Shown one piece after another: positions 1 through 8,903 of a DNA stretch of 64,000 nt. Where the stretch lies: the NCBI GenBank assembly GCA_011523305.1, contig WTHB01000010.1, positions 20,526 to 84,525 on the forward strand, read 5' to 3'. The notes below the pieces were generated by a model. The model saw only the letters and a list, made by a program, of their open reading frames with translations. It was not told the origin of the DNA and did no database searches. A program made the translations under genes and the position numbers. The stretch is from Planctomycetaceae bacterium. GTDB taxonomy: Bacteria; Planctomycetota; Planctomycetia; Pirellulales; UBA1268. Each line of letters begins with the position of its first letter. Position 1 is the stretch's first letter.

Positions 1-571
1 CATCGATCTGGGGGCCGTAGTCGGCCAGCAGGGGAGGCATCAGGAGGCTCGGGGCGTCGATCCGCCGGGAAAGTTCCTGATAGGTACGGCCGCGAAACAA
101 GATTTCGGTCTGGTGGTCATACCGAGCCTCGAACGATTTCTCGGTCTTCCCGCTGAGGTCCTGCGCATTGCGAGAGATCTGGGTCCGGATGGAGGGCAGG
201 ATCACCTCGCGGTTGGTCATGGCCACCAGGCTGACAAGCGCAGTGAAGACGATGGCCGGGCGAGCAATCCGCCACCGGGTGATACCTGCTGCCAGCAAGG
301 CCGTCAGTTCATTGTGTCGCTCAAGCCAGGAAAGGGCGAACATGCCGCTGGCGAGGGCGATCACCGGGCTGGTGGCATCGAAAAAGGAGATCAATCGATA
401 TCCGTAGTACTGGCCCAGCACCTTCGCCAGCCCGCCTGCCTCTTCCCCATACGTGATGAATTCCTCCAGATTCGTGAAGGCATCAATCACAAACGTGAGC
501 CCGGCAAGGCTCAGGAAGACGATGCAAAACGCCTGGAGTTGGGCACGGAAAAGGTAGCGGTCAATCAGCAT
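1..571 (-). CDS. LptF/LptG (YjgP/YjgQ) family permease, N-terminal part; the 3' end lies beyond the window edge
   Basis: Absent from the ORF track because no stop lies in the window. Hand translation of the reverse strand from the ATG at 571..569 gives MLIDRYLFRAQLQAFCIVFLSLAGLTFVIDAFTNLEEFITYGEEAGGLAKVLGQYYGYRLISFFD...LLAAGITRWRIARPAIVFTALVSLVAMTNREVILP. I found no in-frame stop down to position 1. The N-terminal MxxDRYL motif plus the TM pattern is typical of this family. The 113..673 + ORF is its antisense shadow. Confidence 0.7.
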   Translation of the reverse strand, partial: MLIDRYLFRAQLQAFCIVFLSLAGLTFVIDAFTNLEEFITYGEEAGGLAKVLGQYYGYRLISFFDATSPVIALASGMFALSWLERHNELTALLAAGITRWRIARPAIVFTALVSLVAMTNREVILPSIRTQISRNAQDLSGKTEKSFEARYDHQTEILFRGRTYQELSRRIDAPSLLMPPLLADYGPQID

Positions 572-669
572 GGAGCCAGGCCGCTGGAGGAATGGATGCC
601 GGGGGGGCGAAAGATAGGTAGGCTGATGGTCAGCGTCAATTCTGGTGTCCGCGTCCTCCCTCTCCTGGC

Positions 670-1500
670 TTGACCATGGACTCTCAAGGAGCCCCGCCAC
701 CGTCGGTCTGGGCGATTTGCAGGAACTGGGCAGAGGCCCTGGCTGCAGATGCTGGGCAACTCCTCTTTCCGGCGGCCTGCATCATCTGCGGGGTCGAATT
801 ACCGAGTTCGCACGGTGGAGATCGTCTGGCAACACGGCTGTGCCCCGGCTGCCGGCTCGATCTCTGCGGAGACGGAGCCCGCTGCGACCGTTGCGGGGAG
901 CGTGGGCCGGGTGGAGAGAACTGCCCCGGCTGCCGCCAGTTGACCCGGCGGTTGCGGGTGGATGAACCTCCCTGGCGTCGGCTGGTCGTCCTCGGCGGAT
1001 ACACCGATCGGCTGCGTGATGCGGTGCTGCGAGCCAAGCGTCCGGCAGGAGAAGACCTTGCGGAGGTGCTGGCAATGCTGCTGGCCGAGAGGCACGAAGC
1101 CTTCGCAGCGATGGCCTGCGACGCAGTGGTGCCAATCCCAATGCACTGGCGGCGTCGGCTTGTCCGTGGAACCAATGCGGCCGGGGTCCTTGCTGGCCAG
1201 CTGGCCCGGCTGCTGCGGGTGCCGCGGAAGAACGCCCTTTCTCGGAAGCGATTCACGCCCCCGCAACGCAGTCTGCCGGCAGCGTCCCGGCCGGGAAATG
1301 TGGCAGGCAGTTTTTGCCGTCGGGGCCGCCGGCTACCGGGGCACCGGGTTCTCCTGGTTGATGACGTTGTGACCACGGGGGCGACGCTGGCCGCGGCCTC
1401 ACGCGTACTGGTGGAGTCGGGCGTGTCGGTCGTCTACGCTGCAGCCATTGCCCGGGCAGAATCGTCGGATGATTGTGGGCAGGGCGATCGCTTCCCATGA
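670..1500 (+). CDS. comF: ComF family protein (phosphoribosyltransferase-fold, N-terminal zinc finger)
   Basis: 276-aa ORF. It has several paired Cys motifs near the N-terminus (CIICG, CPGC, CDRCG, CPGC) and the PRTase signature VLLVDDVVTTGATL near the C-terminus. Confidence 0.85.
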   Translation: MTMDSQGAPPPSVWAICRNWAEALAADAGQLLFPAACIICGVELPSSHGGDRLATRLCPGCRLDLCGDGARCDRCGERGPGGENCPGCRQLTRRLRVDEPPWRRLVVLGGYTDRLRDAVLRAKRPAGEDLAEVLAMLLAERHEAFAAMACDAVVPIPMHWRRRLVRGTNAAGVLAGQLARLLRVPRKNALSRKRFTPPQRSLPAASRPGNVAGSFCRRGRRLPGHRVLLVDDVVTTGATLAAASRVLVESGVSVVYAAAIARAESSDDCGQGDRFP

Positions 1501-2573
1501 GCGATCCTGCCAGGCCATCTGCTTCCGGTGCGCCCTTCTCAAATTTGTCGTTACCACGTAGGAATCCCATGGACGCCCCCAGCCGAGCCGATGATGCAGA
1601 AGCCAAGCCCGGGCCGCTGCGAATCGGAACCCGAGGCAGCCAATTGGCGCGGGCCCAGACAGGCCAGATGATCGAACGCATTCGCGGGCTCGGCCATGCT
1701 GCCGAAGAGGTCCGCATCGCGACCCGTGGCGATATCCGGCAGGACGTGCCGATTGCCCGAATCGGTGACGATGGTGTCTTTGTTCGGGAACTTGAGCGAA
1801 GCCTGCTCGAGCACCGCATTGATGCCGCCGTGCACAGCCTCAAAGATCTGCCGACCGCGACAACGCCGGGGCTCGACCTGGTCTGCATTCCTGAGCGGGC
1901 GGTGCCGTTTGATGTGCTGGTCAGCCGGGACGGTGGCGGCCTGCGGGAACTGCCTCCGGGAGCAACGGTTGGCACCGCGAGTATCCGGCGGCGGGTGCAG
2001 CTGCAGGCGCTGCGGCCTGATCTGACCATCGTGCCGATTCGCGGGAATGTCGATTCCCGGCTTGGCCGCGTCGATGATGGCAGCCTCGATGCCGTCATGT
2101 TGGCTGCGGCCGGGTTGAGCCGGCTTGGTCACGAGGGTCGGATCAGTGAAATCCTGCAGCCGCCTGACTTCTGGCCAGCCGTGGCTCAGGGGGCCTTGGT
2201 GATTCAGATTCGCACCGACGACGACCGAATGCGGCAACTTCTCCAGCCGCTCGACCACCCCGGGACCCATCTGGCAGCCGTGGCTGAGCGGGCGTTGCTG
2301 GCCGCCCTTGCCGGGGGATGCCTGGCACCCATTGGCAGTTGGGGGCGCTTTGAATCCGATGGTCAGCTGCACCTTGGTGGACGGGTTTTGGCGGTGGAGC
2401 ATGCTGCGGCAACCTCCGTCACGGCAGCGGCCAGTGCCCCGGTCGATACGGTCGAGGCCGCAGCATTGCTCGGCCGACAGGTGGCCAGTGCATTGCTTGA
2501 CCAAGGAGCGGGCCCCATGCTTGAGTTGATGCGTCACGGAATCCCCGATGAAACAGATGGTGAGCGGGGGTGA
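1497..2573 (+). CDS. hemC: Hydroxymethylbilane synthase (porphobilinogen deaminase)
   Basis: Contains LRIGTRGSQLARAQT..., VHSLKDLP and GNVDSRL, all HemC hallmarks. The start is ambiguous (1473, 1497 or 1569). The start at 1497 gives an ATGA overlap with the comF stop. Confidence 0.9.
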   Translation: MSDPARPSASGAPFSNLSLPRRNPMDAPSRADDAEAKPGPLRIGTRGSQLARAQTGQMIERIRGLGHAAEEVRIATRGDIRQDVPIARIGDDGVFVRELERSLLEHRIDAAVHSLKDLPTATTPGLDLVCIPERAVPFDVLVSRDGGGLRELPPGATVGTASIRRRVQLQALRPDLTIVPIRGNVDSRLGRVDDGSLDAVMLAAAGLSRLGHEGRISEILQPPDFWPAVAQGALVIQIRTDDDRMRQLLQPLDHPGTHLAAVAERALLAALAGGCLAPIGSWGRFESDGQLHLGGRVLAVEHAAATSVTAAASAPVDTVEAAALLGRQVASALLDQGAGPMLELMRHGIPDETDGERG

Positions 2574-2608
2574 GGCACCCAGAAGTGGCCCACTGTCAAA
2601 ATAGCCGA

Positions 2609-2637
2609 TTCAATTTCTTTGAATATGGGTATATTTA
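2609..2637 (+). promoter_or_regulatory. Candidate sigma70-like promoter (TTCAAT - 17 nt - TATTTA) in an AT-rich island upstream of the response regulator gene
   Basis: The only AT-rich stretch in the 2574..2798 intergenic region. Hexamers were read by eye. Planctomycete promoter consensus is poorly known. Confidence 0.25.
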
Positions 2638-2798
2638 AAGGCGTAGCCGAGAGGCTTCTTGCCAGCCACTTGGTTGGGGGTCGCCGTCAGTTTGTTCGGT
2701 GGCACTGTTGGGAGAGCGTCGATGAACGTGTCACTGCTGGCAGCTCCCCGTCAGTTTCGTCGCGGATGAAGCGAAACATTCCTGGAGTTTGAGCGAGT

Positions 2799-3446
2799 AT
2801 GAAGGCTAGCGATACAGTCCGTGTGGTGATCGCCGACGACCATGAAGTCGTCCGCCGAGGATTGGCCACCCTGCTTGAAGGGAGTGAGGTCACCATCGTC
2901 GGCGAAGCCAAGAGTGGAGAAGAGGCCGTCAAGCTCACCAAGAAGCACAAGCCTGATGTCGTGCTGCTCGATATCCGGATGCACCCCGGCATGGACGGTC
3001 TCTCGGCACTAGAAAAAATCAGGGCCGACATGCCGAATGTTCGCTGTGTCATGCTCTCGACGTTTGACAACCCGACCTACGTCGCCCGGGCGGTTGCCTC
3101 TGGTGCCCATGACTACATGCTGAAGGGCTGCAATCGTCAGGAGTTGATTGATTCAATCACCGGTGCTGCCACCGGCCAACTACCGATGCGGGCGGGTGAA
3201 CTGCGACGAGTGGCAACGACGATGGCCAATCGGGTGGCGACGCCCGATCCTGACATCCCGCTGACGCAGCGAGAGATGCAGGTTCTACGCCACATGGCCT
3301 TGGGTCTTTCCAACAAGGAGATTGCCCAGTCTCTGACGATTAGTGTCGAGACCGTCAAGGAGCATGTGCAAAACATCCTTCGCAAACTGGCTGTCAGCGA
3401 TCGCACCCAGGCAGCGGTCTGGGCTGTTCGCCGGGGCATTGTCTAA
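2799..3446 (+). CDS. NarL/FixJ (LuxR-type HTH) family response regulator, no adjacent histidine kinase
   Basis: REC domain (VVIADDHEVVRRGL, VVLLDIRMHPGMDG, K in YMLKG) followed by a LuxR HTH (LTQREMQVLRHMALGLSNKEIAQSLTISVETVKEHVQNILRKL). Confidence 0.9.
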   Translation: MKASDTVRVVIADDHEVVRRGLATLLEGSEVTIVGEAKSGEEAVKLTKKHKPDVVLLDIRMHPGMDGLSALEKIRADMPNVRCVMLSTFDNPTYVARAVASGAHDYMLKGCNRQELIDSITGAATGQLPMRAGELRRVATTMANRVATPDPDIPLTQREMQVLRHMALGLSNKEIAQSLTISVETVKEHVQNILRKLAVSDRTQAAVWAVRRGIV

Positions 3447-3478
3447 CAGGGTTGCAGTCCGCCGGGGCGTTGGCCCGT

Positions 3479-4399
3479 TCAGTGTGCCCTGGGATGGGCC
3501 TTGTCGAACGCCTCGAGAAGTTTGCGGGTTGTCACGTGGGTGTAGATCTGCGTGGTCACAAGGCTTTTGTGCCCCAGCAGTTCCTGCACGCTGCGAATGT
3601 CGGCCCCGGCGTCGAGAAGGTGGGTGGCAAAACTGTGCCGCAGCGTGTGCGGGCTGGCCCGGCCGCTGAGCCCGGCGACGGCCAGGTGCTTTTCCAGGAG
3701 GCGGCCGACACTACGGGCGGTCAACCGTCCCCCAAAGCGGTTGATGAACAAGGGCTTGGATTCATCGGGTTTCTTGGGTCGGGCAAGCCGGTGTCGCACG
3801 TTGAGCCAGCGGGAAAGGGCCTGGCGGGCATGCGAGCCGACAATCCCCAAGCGTTCCCGGCGTCCCTTTCCCCGGACCCGCACCGTCCTTGCATCAAGAT
3901 CAAGATCGGGGTCACTCGTGGCAGCCAGTTCGGCCACTCGCAGGCCGGCTGAGTAGAGGAGTTCCAGAATGGCCCGGTCGCGGAGGCCGGCATCGGTACG
4001 TGCTGGTGGCGCAGCCAAAAGGCGGCCGATCTCTTCTCCGGTGAGGAACTTCGGCAGGCTGCGGCCCCGCTTGGGGCTCCGCAGTGGGAGAGCGGGGTTG
4101 GTGGTGATCCAGCCTTCCCGGTGGCCGAATCGATAAAAGCTTCGAATGCTGGCCAGTTTGCGGGCAATAGTCGCTGCCGCATAGCCGGTCTCATGCAGGC
4201 CAGCTGCGTAATGCCGGAGAAGGACCGTCGAGACATCAGCCGGCCGGCGGCAGCCGGCTTCGCGGAGATAGTCGACCAGCTGTAACAGGTCTTCCCGGTA
4301 GCCCTTGACGGTGTGTCCAGAGCCACCTCGCTCAGCGGTGAGAAACCGGAGGTACCGGTTTAAAGCCTGATCGAATTCGTCAGCGGCGTGGTCAACCAT
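3479..4399 (-). CDS. Tyrosine recombinase, XerC/XerD type
   Basis: 306 aa. N-terminal SAM-like domain (FLTAERGGSGHTVKGYREDL). The C-terminal catalytic motifs are ARxxGLRVAEL and HTLRHSFATHLLDAGADIRSVQELLGHKSLVTTQIYTHV. Confidence 0.9.
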   Translation of the reverse strand: MVDHAADEFDQALNRYLRFLTAERGGSGHTVKGYREDLLQLVDYLREAGCRRPADVSTVLLRHYAAGLHETGYAAATIARKLASIRSFYRFGHREGWITTNPALPLRSPKRGRSLPKFLTGEEIGRLLAAPPARTDAGLRDRAILELLYSAGLRVAELAATSDPDLDLDARTVRVRGKGRRERLGIVGSHARQALSRWLNVRHRLARPKKPDESKPLFINRFGGRLTARSVGRLLEKHLAVAGLSGRASPHTLRHSFATHLLDAGADIRSVQELLGHKSLVTTQIYTHVTTRKLLEAFDKAHPRAH

Positions 4400-4454
4400 T
4401 GGGCAGGACGTGCCAAGTCGTTACCTCTGGCGGAGGGCGACGGTTCACGAAGGC

Positions 4455-4688
4455 TTAGGCGCGGCGATCAACCCGTGGCGCGATTCCTTCGCGGCGTGAC
4501 CGCGGGGAACTTTGGCGAATTTTCTGGCTGAGTACCGAGGCGTCGTACCACGAAAAACTCAGGTCTGGGTTGGCGGCATACCGGCTGATCGTCCGCAGCG
4601 CCTCGGCCCGGCTGTCGTCGTCGTACAGAAAAACGTACCTTTCGCCACCCTTAACCAGTGCGACGACATTGATATCACGAGAGGCCAT
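4455..4688 (-). CDS. Small hypothetical protein (77 aa)
   Basis: Compact ORF in a same-strand run between the PIG-L and xer genes, with plausible globular composition (VVALVKGGERYVFLYDDDSRAEALRTISRYA). No family recognised. Confidence 0.5.
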   Translation of the reverse strand: MASRDINVVALVKGGERYVFLYDDDSRAEALRTISRYAANPDLSFSWYDASVLSQKIRQSSPRSRREGIAPRVDRRA

Positions 4689-4939
4689 CGGTCTGTTTCC
4701 TTCCGGCGGATGCGGGCGGGACGGGCCAACGATTACGAGGGGACGTGGACAGTAAACCCACCCAATTTCGTATCGGTTGCTGTATGGCTGAACCGCCAGC
4801 CTTCTCGGCGGGTCCCTGCGAAGTTGGCCTCACCGAAGCAGAGCGACCTGGTTGCCCGGCAGCGGCAGCCGACCAGACGTTCCAGACCGGCGGGCTGCCC
4901 CGGTCTTCCCTCTGCGGATGGCCCCCCCTGTCGGGAAAG

Positions 4940-5623
4940 TCAGCGTAGGTCACCAAATCCGCGAAGGCCGATCGGCTCGCGACAGGCGAACGGCTCTCCA
5001 GCCCGGGTGCCGATCATCGATCCCCACCAGGCATCGCCAGCAGCCACGCGTTGCGGAACGGTTGGGGCGGCCGCGGTGTCGGGAAATTGGCTGGTATAGC
5101 AGGCAATCGCCGCATGTTTACGGTCTCGGGTCGCCGTGATGTCAACGACAAAAGCAGGCCGCGGCAGAGTCTTCAGGTGCACGCTCCAGAAGTGGTAGAT
5201 CCGCTCGGGGTGCCAGGGGTCACCGGGCAGGTCTGACTTCGTCAGTTTGGCCCAGAACCGTGCTGCTTCGACAAGCCGGCAGGCGGCGTTGTGGTCGGGA
5301 TGAGCGTCGACCCAGTAGTGCGTGAAGAGCCACCGCGGTCGGGTGCGGCGAATGACCCCCGCGAGTGCCGCTCGGGCGGTGAGGGTCGCTCGGAGCCGGC
5401 GATTTGGCAAACCGAGGTTCTCCCGCCATTCGATCCCCAAGGCGGCGGTCGCTGCGGCTGTTTCCCGCTGGCGGATGGCGGGGCTGCCCAGCGGCGTCGG
5501 TTCGCCGTCGGTCAGGTCGAGAATGCCAACCCGTAGGCCGTCCTCGAGCATCCGGCTGATGGTGCCTCCCATGCTCAATTCAGCGTCGTCTGGGTGGGCA
5601 GCGATGACCAACACGTCAAGCAT
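4940..5623 (-). CDS. PIG-L/LmbE family N-acetylglucosaminyl deacetylase
   Basis: From the internal Met at 5623: [20 protein letters not shown]...[14 protein letters not shown], the PIG-L zinc-binding motifs. The upstream 139 aa of the 366-aa ORF have non-protein-like composition and run into the divergent M32 gene, so I trimmed them. Confidence 0.85.
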   Translation of the reverse strand: MLDVLVIAAHPDDAELSMGGTISRMLEDGLRVGILDLTDGEPTPLGSPAIRQRETAAATAALGIEWRENLGLPNRRLRATLTARAALAGVIRRTRPRWLFTHYWVDAHPDHNAACRLVEAARFWAKLTKSDLPGDPWHPERIYHFWSVHLKTLPRPAFVVDITATRDRKHAAIACYTSQFPDTAAAPTVPQRVAAGDAWWGSMIGTRAGEPFACREPIGLRGFGDLR

Positions 5624-5741
5624 GACGATGGTTCCTGGTGGGGTGGGAGCGGTGGTGGATTGTCCGCCCACAGCATGACAGCATACCCTGAGGTGCCGGG
5701 CTGCCATCGGGCGGCTGTCACCCCTGTGACCGGAGGACGAG

Positions 5742-7343
5742 ATGGAAACAGATGCACAACCCGATTCCACCACTCCGACAGACCTGTTCAAGGCAGCAGT
5801 TGCGGGCAGTGTGGAGGCGGATGTCTTTGTGGCGGCCTGCGAGCATGCCCGGGGGGTGGCATTACTGGGGACGGTCGACTCCCTGCTGCAGTGGGATGAG
5901 CAGACCATGCTGCCGCAGGCAGCGGGGGAATTTCGGGCAGAGCAGGTAGCCGCCCTTGCCGCGATCGTGCATGCCCGTCGAACTGCCGCACCGCAAGGAG
6001 AGCGGCTCCAGCAACTTGTTGAGAGTAACCTGGTGAACACGGGGGCTCCGGCCGTTCAGGCGACCATTCGGCGGCTCCACGACGATTTCGTGAAGCAGTC
6101 GCGAGTTCCCGGCCGGCTGGTGGAGGCGCTCGCCCGCACCGGAATCGAGGCCCAGCAGGCCTGGTCCCAGGCCCGGGCAGCGGCAGACTGGAAGCAGATG
6201 GCCCCCCATCTGGAAAGAATGTTTGCCCTGAAGCGTGAATTGGCCGCCTGCCAACGGCCTGATCTTGAGCCCTACGATGCCCTGCTGGATGACTATGAGC
6301 CGGGGGCTGACTGGCGAGCCGTGCAGCAGCGGTTCACCAGGTTGCGGGCGGCGATTGTGCCCTTGGTGCAAGCCTGTGTTGAGTCAGCGACCCGGCCAAC
6401 GGATGGCATTCTGCGAGGGCCATTCCCGTTGTCGGCCCAGCAGACGTTTGTTGAGCAAACAGCTGCCGCGATCGGATTTGATTTTCAGCGTGGTCGCCTG
6501 GACACGACTGCGCATCCATTCTGCTCAACGCTCGGACCGCATGACTGTCGCCTGACCACTCGGTGGGACGAGCACTTTCTGCCGACCGCTCTCTACAGCG
6601 TGCTGCACGAAGCTGGGCACGGACTCTACGAACAGGGGCTACCACCCGGCTGGTTTGGTCTGCCTCCTGGTGAGGCGGCATCGTTGGGCATTCATGAATC
6701 ACAGTCACGGCTCTGGGAAAATCTGGTCGGCCGGTCGCCGCAGTTCTGGGAGTGGTGCTTTCCGGCTGCCCGGTCTGCATTTCCCGCCGCGCTTGCGGAG
6801 GCAACTCCTGCCGATGTCGCAGCAGCGGTGCTCACCGTGCAGCCGAGTTGTATTCGCGTCGAGGCAGATGAGGTCACCTACAATCTGCATGTCATGTTGC
6901 GGTTTGATTTGGAGCGGGCGGTGATCACAGGGGACCTGCCGGTCGCCGACCTTCCCGGGGCCTGGGATGAACGGTTCGAAGCTGATTTCGGCCAGCGGCC
7001 ACCGTCCGCTGCCGAGGGGGTGCTGCAGGACATCCATTGGCCGGCCGGCCTGATCGGTTACTTTCCCACCTACACGCTTGGCAACCTGTTCTCGGCCCAG
7101 TTGATGGCAGCTGCCGAGCGGGCGTTGGGGAATCTGGACGAGCAGATTGCCCGCGGTGAATTTCAGCCCTTGCTGAACTGGCTGCATCGCGAGGTGCACG
7201 CCCTGGGCCGAACCCGTACCTCTGATGAGATCGTGGCGGAGGTGTCGGGAGAACCGGTTAGCGAACGGTTTCTTGTGGAGAGCCTCTATCGGCGGTACGG
7301 CCCGGTTCACGGCCTGCCAGCGGAGCCACCAGCAGCGTGCTGA
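5742..7343 (+). CDS. M32 family metallocarboxypeptidase (Taq carboxypeptidase-like)
   Basis: Contains HEAGHGLYEQG (HExxH), HESQSRLWEN, DIHWPAGLIGYFPTYTLGN and IRVEADEVTYNLH, all M32 hallmarks. Confidence 0.9.
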   Translation: METDAQPDSTTPTDLFKAAVAGSVEADVFVAACEHARGVALLGTVDSLLQWDEQTMLPQAAGEFRAEQVAALAAIVHARRTAAPQGERLQQLVESNLVNTGAPAVQATIRRLHDDFVKQSRVPGRLVEALARTGIEAQQAWSQARAAADWKQMAPHLERMFALKRELAACQRPDLEPYDALLDDYEPGADWRAVQQRFTRLRAAIVPLVQACVESATRPTDGILRGPFPLSAQQTFVEQTAAAIGFDFQRGRLDTTAHPFCSTLGPHDCRLTTRWDEHFLPTALYSVLHEAGHGLYEQGLPPGWFGLPPGEAASLGIHESQSRLWENLVGRSPQFWEWCFPAARSAFPAALAEATPADVAAAVLTVQPSCIRVEADEVTYNLHVMLRFDLERAVITGDLPVADLPGAWDERFEADFGQRPPSAAEGVLQDIHWPAGLIGYFPTYTLGNLFSAQLMAAAERALGNLDEQIARGEFQPLLNWLHREVHALGRTRTSDEIVAEVSGEPVSERFLVESLYRRYGPVHGLPAEPPAAC

Positions 7344-7427
7344 TGCCCGCCCACGCGAACCCTCGGTCTGCTTCCGACCGTCGGCTCGCAGGCCAAACAG
7401 ATCAAAGAAAACCACCCGAGGAGAGCC

Positions 7428-8903
7428 TTGGACAAAGCGACTGAGATCGTCAGGGCGGTGCAGGACGGCAGCGTTGACCCGGCCGCGGTGCTCGCGGAGC
7501 ACCGACGTCGATTCGAAGAGACGCATGACCGGCTCAACGCGTTGGTGCAGGTCGACCATGCTGAGGCTGCGCGGAGCCTCCCAGGCCTCGACCGTGATGC
7601 GGCGCTGGCTGGCGTTCCGGTAAGTGTGAAGGAATGCTTCGCGGTGCAGGGCTTACGGACAACGCTGGGCATTCCTGCCCGGCGTGACGCCATTGATACG
7701 GTCGATGCACCGATTGTCAGCCGTCTGCGGGCGTTGGGTGGCGTGGTCGTGGGGAAGTCGAATGTGCCCCAGGCGATGTACCTGCACGAGACCACCAACC
7801 CGGTCTGGGGACAGACCAATCATCCAGAGCGGGCTGACCGTGGGCCTGGCGGTTCCAGCGGTGGCGATGCCGCCCTGGTGGCAGCCGGTGTGGTACCGCT
7901 GGCAATCGGGAATGATCTTGCTGGTAGCGTGCGGCAGCCGGCCCAGGCCTGTGGCATTGCCGCCCTGCTGCCCCGTTCAGCGGTCCTGGGGAATGCCGGC
8001 GGCTTCGATACGCTTCCCAATTTCGATCTGATCAATTCACGGGCCGGGTTTTTGGCCGCTGGGGTTGCTGACCTGTCCCTGGCGGCAACCGCGTTTGGCA
8101 TCGTTCCATCGGAGCCAGCCGCGGTCCTCTCCCGGCCGCAACGAATTGCCCTCTGGCCGGAGGCTGGCCTCTTTCCGCCAGCGGCTGCTGTCCGTCGTGG
8201 AGTAGCCGAGGCTGCTGCTGTCCTGCAGGCGGCCGGCCATCAGGTTGATCAGCTCGATGACAGCCTGGCGGTCGAGGCTGCCTGGCTGATGTTCGGGCTG
8301 TTGTCGGGGGACGGCGGAGAGGACATTCGCGACCTGTTTGGCACTGACCGCCCGATCCGGTCGGTCGGTCGGCTGTTGCGTATCGCCGGGCTGCCCCGCG
8401 GGATCCGCCCCCCCCTGGGAACGCTGCTGGCGGGGCTGGGCCAGCGGATCGAGGCGGCCGCCCTGCGGGCGACTGGCCCCCGAACGGCGGCGGGCTGGGG
8501 GTGGCTCAAAGACCGTCGACTTCAGGTGGCTGAGCAGGTGGCTCACCTCCGTGAACGGTACGACGCCATTCTTTGCCCGGTCTCGTCATTGCCGGCCCTA
8601 CGGCATGGCACCGCGGCCCGTCTGGTCGCTGCGGTCGCTCCCTGCCTGTTGGCAAACCTTGTCGATCTTGCCGCGGGCGTTGTCCCCGTCACTCGGGTTG
8701 AGGCAACCGAGGAGAAGACGCGGTCGTGGAGTCCTGATCGCGTGTTGCGGGCCGCAGCGGTGACTGAGCGAGGCAGTGCCGGGTTGCCCATCGGTGTCCA
8801 GGTGATCGGGCTGACTGATGGATCCGAGGCCGAGCAAGGAGTTCTTGAACTCTTGGCTGTGCTCGAAGGCGGAGTCTGTTTCAGTCGGTCGGTTCGCCGA
8901 TGA
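7428..8903 (+). CDS. Amidase signature (AS) family amidase
   Basis: Catalytic Lys context VPVSVKECF, GGSSGG with the Ser-cisSer, and a GNDLAGSVRQPA block. The 3' end overlaps the convergent cheA stop by 23 nt. Confidence 0.85.
   Translation: MDKATEIVRAVQDGSVDPAAVLAEHRRRFEETHDRLNALVQVDHAEAARSLPGLDRDAALAGVPVSVKECFAVQGLRTTLGIPARRDAIDTVDAPIVSRLRALGGVVVGKSNVPQAMYLHETTNPVWGQTNHPERADRGPGGSSGGDAALVAAGVVPLAIGNDLAGSVRQPAQACGIAALLPRSAVLGNAGGFDTLPNFDLINSRAGFLAAGVADLSLAATAFGIVPSEPAAVLSRPQRIALWPEAGLFPPAAAVRRGVAEAAAVLQAAGHQVDQLDDSLAVEAAWLMFGLLSGDGGEDIRDLFGTDRPIRSVGRLLRIAGLPRGIRPPLGTLLAGLGQRIEAAALRATGPRTAAGWGWLKDRRLQVAEQVAHLRERYDAILCPVSSLPALRHGTAARLVAAVAPCLLANLVDLAAGVVPVTRVEATEEKTRSWSPDRVLRAAAVTERGSAGLPIGVQVIGLTDGSEAEQGVLELLAVLEGGVCFSRSVRR

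Noticed and set aside
113-673. 186-aa plus-strand ORF at the left edge
   Set aside because: Its composition is not protein-like (Gly/Arg/Pro/His-rich). It lies exactly antisense to a clean LptF/G-like reading frame that I could translate from 571 down to position 1.
3479-4399. Tyrosine recombinase as a marker of an integrated mobile element
   Set aside because: It has XerC/D-type motifs. It sits among housekeeping genes, with no adjacent tRNA, direct repeats, phage or conjugation genes, and no visible compositional shift. It is most simply the chromosomal dimer-resolution recombinase.
4689-4939. Possible small RNA (SRP RNA or RNase P-like) in the 250-nt spacer between two minus-strand genes
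   Set aside because: I looked on both strands for the SRP domain IV motif (GGAA tetraloop context AGGUCCGGAAGGAAGCAGC) and the RNase P GGAAAGUCC/ACAGAAA elements. I found only fragmentary resemblances, such as GGGAAAGTC at the CDS edge. An Infernal/Rfam scan would be needed to settle it.
8881-8903. Convergent gene-end overlaps (amidase/cheA 23 nt; also 34660..34692 and 32614..32617)
   Set aside because: Short convergent overlaps are common in compact GC-rich genomes. They do not need a special explanation beyond possible lack of terminators.
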